Below, piece by piece: positions 19,996 to 30,500 of a DNA stretch of 64,000 nt. The notes below the pieces were generated by a model. That model searched no databases. It worked only from the letters and a program-made list of their open reading frames with translations, and was not told where the DNA came from. This DNA comes from Sedimentisphaerales bacterium (GTDB lineage Bacteria > Planctomycetota > Phycisphaerae > Sedimentisphaerales > Anaerobacaceae). The stretch covers positions 3,808,001 through 3,872,000 of the forward strand of contig OY970194.1 of the NCBI GenBank assembly GCA_963708075.1, given 5' to 3'. The position numbers and the translations under genes are program-made. The number at the start of each line of letters is the position of its first letter. Within the stretch, counting starts at the first letter, position 1.

Positions 19996-20931
19996 ATGCG
20001 ACGCTATCTGCAGACTCGTCAGCGAACGGAAAGCACCCCCCAGGCGCTGGTGATCTTCCGCGAGAACGAGGTCTATTTCCCGACGTTCGTGCACGCCGCC
20101 ATTGACCAGGACCGCCCCATCGGGGACATCCGGACCTTTCACGAGCATACGCATGATTTATATCATATCGTGCTCTATACCCAGTCCTCGGGATTCTACC
20201 TGAAACACGGAGCGAAATACCCTGCGGAGCCGGGGACCCTGGTCATCGTCTCGCCGGGTGAGTCGCACGATTTTGTGAGCCTTCGCCATTCCAGCGTGTA
20301 CTCGGAAATCACCTTCTCTCTGGGGACGCGGGCCGGCAAGGTGCTGACCGTTCCCTTCGAGAGAGTCCTGAACTCCTACACCGGGGTCACGGGCCAGCTT
20401 CACAGCGAGCCGCACCTGCCCCGGACCACCACGCAGGAACTGCTCATCATCATGATCCAGATCATGGATTACCTGCAGAGCCCTTCCGCCATGTCGGACT
20501 TCTACGCGCACCGCGCGCTGGCGAGCCTGTTCGATGTGATCGTGGCCCACTGCTATAGCGAGACCATACCGGGCGCCGCCCTTGCCCAGGACAATCCCAT
20601 TTTGCAGGTCAAGCAATACATCGATGAGCACTACGCCGAGGTCATCACCGCCGAAGACCTGGCCTTGATGTCCCACTGCTCCAAGGGCCACCTGTTCCGC
20701 ACGTTCAAGAAATCATTCCGTGTGTCCCCGCTGGCCTACCAACAGGACCTCCGCTTTGCAGCGGCGCAGAAGCTGCTGCGTTTCACCTCGCTTCGCTGCT
20801 ACGAAATCGCCCAGCGCGTGGGCTACTCGAATATCTACTACTTCTACAGGCAGTTCAAAAAGAGGATGGGTGCGACCCCGAGGCACTATCGCCAATCTCT
20901 GCGTCAAGGGGCAGACGGAATCTTGGAATGA
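19996..20931 (+). CDS. AraC family transcriptional regulator
   Basis: Cupin HEHTH...H N-terminus; C-terminal EIAQRVGYSNIYYFYRQFKKRMGATPRHYR HTH. Confidence 0.95.
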   Translation: MRRYLQTRQRTESTPQALVIFRENEVYFPTFVHAAIDQDRPIGDIRTFHEHTHDLYHIVLYTQSSGFYLKHGAKYPAEPGTLVIVSPGESHDFVSLRHSSVYSEITFSLGTRAGKVLTVPFERVLNSYTGVTGQLHSEPHLPRTTTQELLIIMIQIMDYLQSPSAMSDFYAHRALASLFDVIVAHCYSETIPGAALAQDNPILQVKQYIDEHYAEVITAEDLALMSHCSKGHLFRTFKKSFRVSPLAYQQDLRFAAAQKLLRFTSLRCYEIAQRVGYSNIYYFYRQFKKRMGATPRHYRQSLRQGADGILE

Positions 20932-20953
20932 TGGCATACTCGACGCCGGCCAT

Positions 20954-20981
20954 GTAGGGGCGGGCTTAAAACCCGCCCGTA
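20954..20981 (+). repeat. GTAG REP overlapping the stop codon of the GH36-like gene
   Basis: GTAGGGGCGGGCTTAAAACCCGCCCGTA. Confidence 0.85.
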
Positions 20982-23236
20982 TGTGCCGGAACCAGCTCAA
21001 GTATCTCCTGACCAAACACCGGCAAGGTCAGTTCCACGCCTGTGGATTGCAATTGCCGGCCCAGGAAGTCTCCCAGCCGACGCTCGCTGAACAGCGCGAC
21101 CACCTCGTACCGGCGATCCGGCTTGACCCACGGGATATTGATCGCGCGGCGCTCGACGCCCGCGCTGCCGCGCACCACGACGACCGCGCCGCAGCCTTCG
21201 TCGTTCAGCTTGCCCCACCAATGCCAGTCAGCATCGTCGGGCGCCGGCACGCCGCTGAACTGGAAGTGACGGTAGATGTCCCAGGATCGATGCAGGCGAT
21301 TCACCAGCGAGAATCGTTTCTGGTAGTGCACCAGGTGCTCCGCCGAGAGCGTGCTCAGGTCGCCCGAGAAGACCAGGGGCGCCCCCAGCAGCCAACTGAC
21401 CACCTGCCGATCCTGCACCTCGGCAGTCAGGCTGCCCTGGTGGTCCTCGGTGGCGGCGCCGTAGAATTCGAGACAGTATAGAGGCAGGCCGCGATGCGAG
21501 TAAAAAACCTGCCTCGCCTGGTGACATGCGGCGAGGAGTTCGGCACGAACCTTCTGCGGATCAACGGCAGATGCATTGGTCCCGCGAGAAACGATGCCGC
21601 CACAGGCATTGGGGGAAACGTGATAGCGCGCCGCATGCTTCAGGGCGGCCAGGTCGCAGGGAGCGCCGGGCGTATCCCAGTAGATCTCATGCGTCATCTG
21701 GCTCATCACGTCCGGCGCGAGGGCACGGAGCCGATCCTGGGTCTCCAGCAGTCCCCGCAGACCGCGCAGAAGCGATTCTTTGCGTGTGCGGTTCGAGTGA
21801 TTCTCCGCCAAGTCGCCGTAGATGATGTTGCTGAAGTCCTGTTTGAAATAGGCCGCGCCGTAGCGATCATGCAGCCGGGCCAGGTCCTGGGCATAGAACT
21901 CGCGCCAGGGCGTGGTGAAACTCATCGCGATGCCGCCAAGCCGCGTGACCACCGGTAGAGAGTGTGCGTCGGGCAGCGCTTTCAGGTCAGGCGAGTCCTT
22001 GTCGCGGAAGCAGGACAGCCACAACCCCAGCTTGAGGCCGCGAGAGCGAATGTACTCAGCGGTGGCCGCGAAATCGGGAAACTTGGCCGTGTCCGGTTCC
22101 GTGCCCAGCCGGTCACGCTGCCAGCCATCATCCAGGAGAAACTGCACAAAACCGGCACGGGCCGCCAGGTCGGCTTGCTCGCGGATCATCGCGTCGTTGA
22201 GGTCGGGACCGAAATTGGCCCAGGTGAGCCATTGAGGGGCATCGCATGGCAACCGCTCGCCCACGATGCCGATGTGCCGTGACAGAAACCGCTGAAAGGG
22301 CCCTTCAACGGCCCGGTCCAGGGGCGTCGAGCGTGCGGAGATCGTCTGCTCGACGGGGCCGCCGAAAGCGTACAAGAACACGGGTTCCGAGACAAATCGC
22401 TCGCCGGGCGCCAGCACCCACTCGAACATCGCGGGGTGATAGCCCATCGCACCGTTGCCTGCGATAATTCGCAAGGCCGAGGGAATTTCGCTCGCGGCAA
22501 TCAGGCCGAACATCTCGTCGGACGATGAGAAGCCGATCATACTCGGCTGGGCTCCGTAACCTGCGGGCGTCAGCGGCACGCGTTTGGAGATGCCGGGGGC
22601 GAGAGCGAAGTCATCGATTGTCAACTGCTCGATTTTTCGCCACACACTGCTCTCGTTGGCAATCTCCACCCATTTGCGAACGACCGGCTCGCCGCGATAG
22701 ACCTCGTAGATCACCGTGATGACCAGTCCATCCAAAGCCATCTCTTTCCGGGCACGAGCGCAGATGGTCAGGCGGGACACGTCGGGAGCCGGCGCGGAGA
22801 CTTGCGGCGCGGCCAGCGTGAATTTGTCCGCCCACCGGCTTGCCTGGATACTAACCGGCTCGACCCAGCGGGTCGTTTGGCCAAGGCTCGCGTCATCGTA
22901 TGTGCCGGGGTCCACGTGATGCCCCGGCCGGAAGGTTTGCACGCTGTCGATGGAACCGCCTTCGCCGCCCTTGAGCCCTTTCGGCTGCGCATTGGGTTCG
23001 GCGCGTGTGACCGTGAAGCTCAGCTCGGGCGCCGGGCCGGCCAGCAACTCCTTGTCGTTGACGCATAAGCGGGTTGTGCTCAGGTTCCCATTCGCCAGGT
23101 CAATTGTCCGCTCCAGAATCCCGGCCGAGACACGCACCTCTCGGTCGGAGATTCCAAACGGTTGTGCGGCGTATGTGCGTGTGGACATACATCCAAGCAT
23201 GCCCGAAACCAACAAAAGCGACAGTAGTCTCTTCAT
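20966..23236 (-). CDS. Alpha-galactosidase-like (GH36/melibiase) probable lipoprotein
   Basis: FLLDDGWQ, KFPDF, GLKLGLW, YFKQDF motifs; signal peptide with MLGC lipobox. Confidence 0.8.
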   Translation of the reverse strand: MKRLLSLLLVSGMLGCMSTRTYAAQPFGISDREVRVSAGILERTIDLANGNLSTTRLCVNDKELLAGPAPELSFTVTRAEPNAQPKGLKGGEGGSIDSVQTFRPGHHVDPGTYDDASLGQTTRWVEPVSIQASRWADKFTLAAPQVSAPAPDVSRLTICARARKEMALDGLVITVIYEVYRGEPVVRKWVEIANESSVWRKIEQLTIDDFALAPGISKRVPLTPAGYGAQPSMIGFSSSDEMFGLIAASEIPSALRIIAGNGAMGYHPAMFEWVLAPGERFVSEPVFLYAFGGPVEQTISARSTPLDRAVEGPFQRFLSRHIGIVGERLPCDAPQWLTWANFGPDLNDAMIREQADLAARAGFVQFLLDDGWQRDRLGTEPDTAKFPDFAATAEYIRSRGLKLGLWLSCFRDKDSPDLKALPDAHSLPVVTRLGGIAMSFTTPWREFYAQDLARLHDRYGAAYFKQDFSNIIYGDLAENHSNRTRKESLLRGLRGLLETQDRLRALAPDVMSQMTHEIYWDTPGAPCDLAALKHAARYHVSPNACGGIVSRGTNASAVDPQKVRAELLAACHQARQVFYSHRGLPLYCLEFYGAATEDHQGSLTAEVQDRQVVSWLLGAPLVFSGDLSTLSAEHLVHYQKRFSLVNRLHRSWDIYRHFQFSGVPAPDDADWHWWGKLNDEGCGAVVVVRGSAGVERRAINIPWVKPDRRYEVVALFSERRLGDFLGRQLQSTGVELTLPVFGQEILELVPAHTGGF

Positions 23237-23253
23237 GCAGCTTCCTTCAGAAG

Positions 23254-25878
23254 TCATTTCCTGTCACTCCCGAACTCGCGAAACAGTTCCTGGGCCAGAG
23301 GAAAGGTCTGGCTCTGCGGCTGCTTGTCCAGGCAGTAGGTGACAACGCCGTCGCATTTGCCGTCCCGCCAGGCTTGGAGGGACATGCGGAGCCATTCCGC
23401 GATACGCTCAGGCGTTGCCGGATCGCCGTGGCGCTGGCGAAATTCGCTTTGATCGCCTGCCGTCATGGAGATGAAGGGAATGTGAAACCGCCGCCGGCCC
23501 GATTTGACATCGCCGCCGAAACCTGCCTCGAATGCCCCCTGCCGATCCACTTTCCACTTGCCCGGCTCGGCCAGATCAGCCCCAAGCTGCAGATTCTCCG
23601 CACGCAATTCGCTCAAATGCCATCGCACGCCGAAGTTGCTCACCCCCTTCTTGTCCAGAAGCCGAAACGCTACAGTGATACCGGCTTTCCCACGTGCCTG
23701 CCCGGTGACATCGATACTGATCTTGCGCCAAGCGGCCTGACCACCCGCCACATCTTCTTCCCACACGACAGATCCATCGACGAGCAGTTGCTTGAAGTGG
23801 TAGCCGTCCGTTGGCCCGGTGAAGTCATCCCGCTCGCGAAAGGTCAGTACATATCGGTCCGCCGGCAGCACGGTACGGGCGGGTTTCAAACCCGCCCCTA
23901 CGGCTATTACGAAGTCCCCGGCGCTCGACGGCACATCCCATGGGTAACTGAGCTCGCTGGGGGTGACAACGGCAGCGTCGTTGAGGATGGCCCATGTCCA
24001 CTCGATCTCATCGCGATCCTGCAGATAGGCCACCACTACGCCATCGATCACCTCCCGATAGTCCTCAGCGAACTTCGCCCGTATCTCGTCGAAGTACATC
24101 AGGGGCAGGAACGCTAATCGCGGGTTGATGCTCTTTGCTTTCGCCTGCATTTCTCGCAGATAGGCCGGCGTGAACAGCTCGTGGTTGGCATAAAAGTCGT
24201 CGATCACCCAGGCCGTCAGGTTAGAGTGCTGAAGCGACAGCCTCGCGATCTCCTCGCCCCAGCGATGATAGTCCAGCCGAAACGGCTCGGAGTACTGGCT
24301 CCCGTAGCTCGGCGGGCTCTCCGATGGCGGCACGAGATACGGCCAGACCTCTATGCCTGCCTCCGCCGCCTTCGGCAGAAACAGCTTCAGATCGTCCCAA
24401 TCCGTGGCCGCATGCCAGATGAGCCAGTAGTACGTCGTGACACCCAATTCCCTGAGTCTCGCGACCATCGCATCGATGTCCACGCGGCCATCCGGCCGAC
24501 GGAGCTCTGAGTCGTAATCCGCCAGATGTTTGCGGAAGAGCTCCCGTCCTGTCGGCTGACCCGGCTGCCCCTGTCCGGCCGGCGGATTATCCAGGATGTA
24601 ACCGATGTCAACCAGGTACATCTGTCGGCCCAGACCTTCGTGGGTGGCATCGATGGACACAATTCTTCCGCTGCGGCTGAGTCTCGGATGCAGATCGACC
24701 CGGTAGATGTTGGTCGGCGCTGTGGACTTCAGCCTGGCCAGCGGCACGAATTGCCTGGTCGGTATGTGGTACATGAATAGATACTGGTAGCCATCGATAG
24801 CGTAGGTGTCGGAGATGATCCAGTCGCCATCGGGGCGGGGAACATAGCTGACATGGCCGTTGTGGGAGGACTCAAAAAGCCGGCTCTCCGCCTTGCCGGT
24901 CCCATCATCCGGATAGAAGTAATACCCCCGGCCATCCAGGATGTGACTGTCATTCCGCCACTCGTGGTGACTTGGCCGATTGTAGAAGTAACGAACGTCC
25001 GTGCCGGTCGCGGTCATGGAGAAGGCTTTATCGAGATTATTGTCAGGGTCCTTGAGAAACGCGATGAATCGGGAGCCCGAGGGATTCCATCCCTCGCGGA
25101 AGATATAAAGACAGCCCGATGACGGCGGGCCATCGGGATAAGCAATCCGGGCCATCCGATCCAGGCTCATGATGAGCGCCGCCTCTCCAGTATCCAGATT
25201 CATTCGCCAGATGCCCGTTTCCTTCGGAGCATACTGACCCTCATACTTATCCTCGATGCCGACATACGGAGTCCCACCATGCTTCATCCGCTCGAAATCA
25301 TGCGTCAATGCGACGGCGCCATCGGGCGATGGTGTGTAAAAGGGCCGGGGCAAGGTCCGCCTGGCGCCCGTCTTGAAGTTGTAGACCCGGCACACGTAAT
25401 GGCTACCGTCGTCCGACCGATCATTCCACAGGATCTCGTCCGACCCGGGCCGCCACTGCAGCCGGGCCCCTTGCTGCCAGTTCCATGCGGTAGTCTCTCC
25501 AATCTGCGTCCATTTGCACCCGTCTCGCAAATCAATCACGCCGATCTCTGCACGATCGGTCGGCCGAACGTCACGGTTCTGGCAGTGGACCCTCGTGCCA
25601 AGCACGTAGCGATCCGAAGGGTCGAACTGCAGGCACTGATAGAAGAAGAACCCCGTATAATTCGGGCTCTCCTTCGTCCCCGGCTCGGAGATGCGGATGA
25701 GTTTCGGATACTGAGCGTTCGCCCCCGCCATCAACTCCGCAAAGCTCGGATATGTCGTATACGGCAGACTCTCCTGTACCCCGGCTTCTGACAGCACAGC
25801 CGAGCCCGCCAGCAGCACAGTGGGAACGATCACGCAAGCAAACATTTTCCACGTTCTGTTCATCGCTGTTGTCTTCAT
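23254..25878 (-). CDS. Secreted two-module protein: beta-propeller (oligogalacturonate lyase/TolB-like) + GH-like TIM barrel
   Basis: Signal peptide; TTAWNWQQGARLQW, SDTY, RVDLHPRLSRSG (propeller); AWVIDDF and DGVV (barrel). Confidence 0.6.
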   Translation of the reverse strand: MKTTAMNRTWKMFACVIVPTVLLAGSAVLSEAGVQESLPYTTYPSFAELMAGANAQYPKLIRISEPGTKESPNYTGFFFYQCLQFDPSDRYVLGTRVHCQNRDVRPTDRAEIGVIDLRDGCKWTQIGETTAWNWQQGARLQWRPGSDEILWNDRSDDGSHYVCRVYNFKTGARRTLPRPFYTPSPDGAVALTHDFERMKHGGTPYVGIEDKYEGQYAPKETGIWRMNLDTGEAALIMSLDRMARIAYPDGPPSSGCLYIFREGWNPSGSRFIAFLKDPDNNLDKAFSMTATGTDVRYFYNRPSHHEWRNDSHILDGRGYYFYPDDGTGKAESRLFESSHNGHVSYVPRPDGDWIISDTYAIDGYQYLFMYHIPTRQFVPLARLKSTAPTNIYRVDLHPRLSRSGRIVSIDATHEGLGRQMYLVDIGYILDNPPAGQGQPGQPTGRELFRKHLADYDSELRRPDGRVDIDAMVARLRELGVTTYYWLIWHAATDWDDLKLFLPKAAEAGIEVWPYLVPPSESPPSYGSQYSEPFRLDYHRWGEEIARLSLQHSNLTAWVIDDFYANHELFTPAYLREMQAKAKSINPRLAFLPLMYFDEIRAKFAEDYREVIDGVVVAYLQDRDEIEWTWAILNDAAVVTPSELSYPWDVPSSAGDFVIAVGAGLKPARTVLPADRYVLTFRERDDFTGPTDGYHFKQLLVDGSVVWEEDVAGGQAAWRKISIDVTGQARGKAGITVAFRLLDKKGVSNFGVRWHLSELRAENLQLGADLAEPGKWKVDRQGAFEAGFGGDVKSGRRRFHIPFISMTAGDQSEFRQRHGDPATPERIAEWLRMSLQAWRDGKCDGVVTYCLDKQPQSQTFPLAQELFREFGSDRK
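23873..23901 (-). repeat. GTAG REP in frame inside a CDS (encodes VGAGLKPART)
   Basis: Minus strand GTAGGGGCGGGTTTGAAACCCGCCCGTAC. Confidence 0.85.
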
Positions 25879-26145
25879 TCATGTCCTTCCTGTGTCTGTC
25901 GTTTCAGATAGGGGACAGCATGCCCGTCAAGTCTCCTTCGAATCGTTCATGCCTGGTACAGGCGTTCACCTCTTGTTCTTATACCCCCGTGCCGTTCCCG
26001 GTGCAACCGGCGGAAGAATGACGCGGCAAATGGACGGTAAGAGGCTTGGTGAGACTCTGCCTCTTACGTTGACAGAGCGTGTGCGTCAGGATACCTTCAG
26101 TTCAGTGTGGTCGCACAAGTTGAGACGGAATTCATAGGAGATCGA

Positions 26146-27561
26146 ATGGTGATAGTCTCTGAGTCGCATCCGCGCTCGCGCCGGCACATCGGTTGTCTTC
26201 ACGCTCTATTGGTGATCCTGGCTGCTCTGTCCCCCTGCGTATCCGCTTCACAGAAGAGCCAGGCGGGGTCGGCGTTGCAGGTGAGCGACAACGGCCGATA
26301 CCTGGTCCATGCGGATGGAAAGCCGTTCTTCTGGCTGGGCGATACGGCGTGGCTGCTCTTCCAGATGACCACGCGCGAGGACGCGGATTTGTACTTGAAG
26401 GCCCGTGCGCAACAGGGATTCACCGTCATCCAGGCGGCCGTTGTCATGGGCGAGGAGCGGGTCGGCGGGACGCTGCGGCCCAATGCTTACGACGACCTGG
26501 CCTTTTCCAACGGCGATCCGACGAGCCCTCTGGTCACGCCCGGCAATGATCCCGGGCAGGCGCAGCAGTACGACTATTGGGACCACGTGGACTACATCGT
26601 CGAACGGGCCGCGGCGCATGGATTGACCCTTGGGCTGCTGCCCCTGTTCGTCGGGTGGGGAGGCGACGGATACAAATATCTGACCCCCGAGAGGGCCTGC
26701 GGCTACGGCCTGTTTCTCGGACAGCGCTACCGGGACAAACCTCATATCCTCTGGATCCTCGGAGGGGACAACACACCCGATACCGAGGCCAAACAAAAGG
26801 TCTGGCACGAGGTGGCCCGGGGAATCACCGTCGGCGTCACCGGCACGGAGGACTACAGCCGGACCCTGATGACCTACCATATCAACGGCGGCAACTCCTC
26901 CTCCAAGTGGTTCCACAAGGCCCCGTGGCTCGACCTCAACATGATCCAGGTGTGGGGCAATGAGAAGGAGATCTACCCTGAGATCACGAAAGACTATCAA
27001 CTCACCCCCGCCAAGCCGACGGGCCTGGGTGAAGGCTCCTACGAGGATGGTCCCCAATACTCCACCCGGCCCATCGATGCCTTCAAGATCCGCAAGCAGG
27101 CCTACTGGTCTTATCTCGCCGGCGGCTACCACACTTCCGGCAATACCAACACGTGGAACTTCAGCTCCTACAAACCCGAAGGGACGCAGGACTGGAAGAC
27201 GGCGCTCCAATCCTCCGGCGCAGCTCATCTTTCTGTGCTGGCGAGATTCTTCCCGTCCATCGAGTGGTGGAAGCTCGTTCCTGATCCTGCGATTTTCGCC
27301 GACGGGATGGGCGAAGGCGAAACCCGCAATGCCGCCATGCGCTCCACGACGGGAGACCGCCTCCTGGTCTACCTGTCGAGTCCCGTCACCGTTTCTCTGC
27401 ATCTGAACGCAATATCCGCTGCGGCAAGGGCCCGCGCGACGTGGATCAATCCGCAAACCGGCGAGCGGTCCGCAGCCGGGGAATTCCCCACGACAGGGCC
27501 CCACTCGTTCTCGCCGCCGAAGGACTGGCCCGATGCTCTCTTGTTGTTGCAAGCCATGTGA
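26146..27561 (+). CDS. DUF4038 (GH140/apiosidase-like) + putative collagen-binding C-terminal domain
   Basis: DGKPFFWLGDTAW, QGFTVIQ, WILGGD, LMTYH, EGSYE, WINPQTG, DALLLL; RBS AGGAG. Confidence 0.88.
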   Translation: MVIVSESHPRSRRHIGCLHALLVILAALSPCVSASQKSQAGSALQVSDNGRYLVHADGKPFFWLGDTAWLLFQMTTREDADLYLKARAQQGFTVIQAAVVMGEERVGGTLRPNAYDDLAFSNGDPTSPLVTPGNDPGQAQQYDYWDHVDYIVERAAAHGLTLGLLPLFVGWGGDGYKYLTPERACGYGLFLGQRYRDKPHILWILGGDNTPDTEAKQKVWHEVARGITVGVTGTEDYSRTLMTYHINGGNSSSKWFHKAPWLDLNMIQVWGNEKEIYPEITKDYQLTPAKPTGLGEGSYEDGPQYSTRPIDAFKIRKQAYWSYLAGGYHTSGNTNTWNFSSYKPEGTQDWKTALQSSGAAHLSVLARFFPSIEWWKLVPDPAIFADGMGEGETRNAAMRSTTGDRLLVYLSSPVTVSLHLNAISAAARARATWINPQTGERSAAGEFPTTGPHSFSPPKDWPDALLLLQAM

Positions 27562-27594
27562 GTGACCTCGCTTTTCATTTAAGGAGAATCCGCC

Positions 27595-30500
27595 ATGATG
27601 AGTAGAATCCGAATCACCGCTTGCTCTGCCGCGATGGCCTTGCTGCTGCTCGGCATGCCACTTATTTGTCACGCGGCCAAGCCGGCATCCGAACTGGAGA
27701 AGAGCTTTGTCCGTCCGCCGGAGTCCGCCCGGCCGTGGGTGTACTGGTTCTGGCTCAACGGCAATATCACCCGTGAGGGCATCACCGCCGACCTGGAGGC
27801 GATGAAACGCGTCGGCATCGGCGGTGTGCTGATCATGGAGGTCGATCAAGGCGCCCCGCTGGGACCGGTCGCCTTCATGAGCGCGCAGTGGCGGGAGCTG
27901 TTCAAGCACGTGGCGACCGAGGCCCGGCGGCTCGGGCTGGAGGTGAACATGAACGACGACGCCGGGTGGAACGGCAGCGGCGGGCCCTGGATCAAGCCCG
28001 AGCAGTCCATGCAGAAAGTCGTCTGGAGCGAAACGAACCTTGAAGGCTCCAAACGATTCGAGGGAACGCTCCCAAAGCCGCAGGCGATCGCAGGGTACTA
28101 TCGTGACATTACTGTGCTGGTCTTTCCGACTCCCGGAGACTTCCGGATCGACAACATCCAGGGCAAGGCGGCTTACGAACGACGACACGTCGCCGCGGCG
28201 GCTGAAACGAAGCTGCCGACGGAAATGGTGATCGATCGCGCCCGGATCATGGATATCAGCGCATCCATGGACAAAGAGGGTCGTCTCGCGTGGGATGTCC
28301 CGGCCGGAAAGTGGACGGTGCTGCGCATCGGCCACACATCAACCGGCGTGACGAATGCCCCATCGCCGGAGAGCGGGCGGGGTCTGGAATGCGACAAACT
28401 GAGTAAGGAAGGCATCGAAGCCCAGTTTGCCGGCATGATGGGTCCGCTCATCACCGATGTCGGCAGTGCCGCGGGCAAAAGCCTTGTCGCGACACACATC
28501 GACAGTTGGGAGAACGGCTCGCAGAACTGGACGTCGCGAATGCGAGAAGAATTTCAGAAGCGCCGAGGCTACAATCCCCTTCCGTTTCTCCCTGCACTCT
28601 CGGGCCGGGTCGTGGAGAGCCTGGAAGTCTCGGAGCGATTCCTATGGGACCTGCGGCAGACGGTCTCGGACCTCGTGGTCGAGAACTACGCCGGTCACAT
28701 GGCCAAACTCGCCCAAAAGCGAGGGCTGCATCTTTCCATCGAGGCGTACGGCGGCCCGTGCGACGATATGACCTACGCCGGCCGGGCCGATGAGCCCATG
28801 TGCGAATTCTGGATTGGCGGCGGGGCATTCGAAACCTGCAAGGAAATGGCCTCCGCGGCGCACACGTATGGCAAACAGATTCTCGGGGCCGAAGCGTTCA
28901 CGGCGGACCACCGGGAACGCTGGCAGCAGCACCCGGGCAGCATCAAGGCCCTCGGCGACCGGGCTTTCTGCGAGGGCGTCAACCGGTTCGTATTCCACCG
29001 CTACGCAATGCAGCCCTGGCTGAACTACAGGCCCGGGATGACGATGGGTCCCTGGGGCCTGCACTACGAGCGTACCACGACGTGGTGGGAGCAATCGAAG
29101 CCGTGGCACGAGTATCTCTCCCGCTGCCAGTACCTGCTGCGGCAGGGCCTGTTCGTGGCCGACATTTGCTACCTGCAGCCGGAGGGTTCGCCCCAGGGCT
29201 TCCAAGACCACAGGCGCAGCGGCTACGACTATGACAACTGCACGGCCGAAGTCGTACTCACGCGCATGTCGGTGCGAGACGGCCGTATCGTCCTTCCCGA
29301 CGGCATGAGCTACCGGCTGCTCGTGCTGCCGGAGGTAGCCACGATGACCCCACCGCTGCTGCGAAAGATCAAGGAGTTGGTCGAGGCCGGGGCAACGGTC
29401 ATCGGCCCGCGGCCAAGGAAGTCACCAAGCCTGTCCAACTATCCAAAGTGCGACGAGCAGGTGAAACTGCTTGCGGACGAGCTTTGGGGGGATTGCGATG
29501 GCAAGACCGTGAAAGAGTACACTTGTGGCAAAGGCAGGATCATCTGGGGCCTGACGCCCGAGGAAGTGCTCGCGAAAATGGGCGTGCAGCCGGACTTCAC
29601 GGCCGGTCCATTCATTCGCTGGATTCACCGCGGCGTGGACGACATGGAAATCTACTTCGTCGCCAGCGCCAGCCAACAACCAATAGACACGCTCTGCTCT
29701 TTCCGCGTGGCGGGCAAACGGCCCGAATTCTGGCAGCCCGAGACGGGACAAGTCGAACAAGTGGCCGCCTACGAACAGACCGACGGCGTCACGCAGATCC
29801 CGATCCGCTTTGAGCCGGGCGGTTCCGTCTTTGTGGTGTTCCGCGAGCGAGCGAAATCGGTCGATCCCGTTGTGACCGTGATGCGCGACGGCCGGCAGAT
29901 TCTGCCGGCCCCTGAACGCCTGTCAAAGGTGGTTATCGAGAAAGCCGTTTATGGCGTTCTGAACGATCCGAAGCGTACGCGCGATGTGCGGGCCAAGCTC
30001 CAAGCCCTCGTGGATAACGGCGAACTGAGCTTCCGGGTTGCGAGAATGGCGGAGGGTGACGATCCGGCGTATATGGTTGTGAAGACGCTGATCGTCGATT
30101 ACACCGTGGATGGCAAGCCCTTCAAAGCGACCGGCCAGGACCCGGAGGAGATCACCCTCGTCAGCTCCCCCGGCTCCGAGTACGTAGCCGACGTTCATCG
30201 GGCTGCGAACGGCCGGGTGTCGCTCGACGCATGGCAACCCGGCCGCTATGAATTGAAGACCGCCTCCGGCCGAACTCTGCGAGGGGAGACTGCCGCCCTG
30301 CCCCAGCCGCTGGAAGTCACCGGCTCATGGCAAGTGCGTTTCCCGCCGGATGCGGGCGCACCGGAGCAAGTGACTCTCGAGAAGCTGGTCTCGTGGAGCG
30401 AACACAGCGACCCTGGCGTGAAGCATTTCTCCGGCATGGCGACGTACGCCAAGACGGTCAGCGTGCCACAGGCGATGCTTGGCAAGAACCGGCGCTTGTA

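Noticed and set aside
26248..28335. 695-aa minus-strand ORF
   Set aside because: Antisense to the DUF4038 and GH106 genes, which have clear family motifs.
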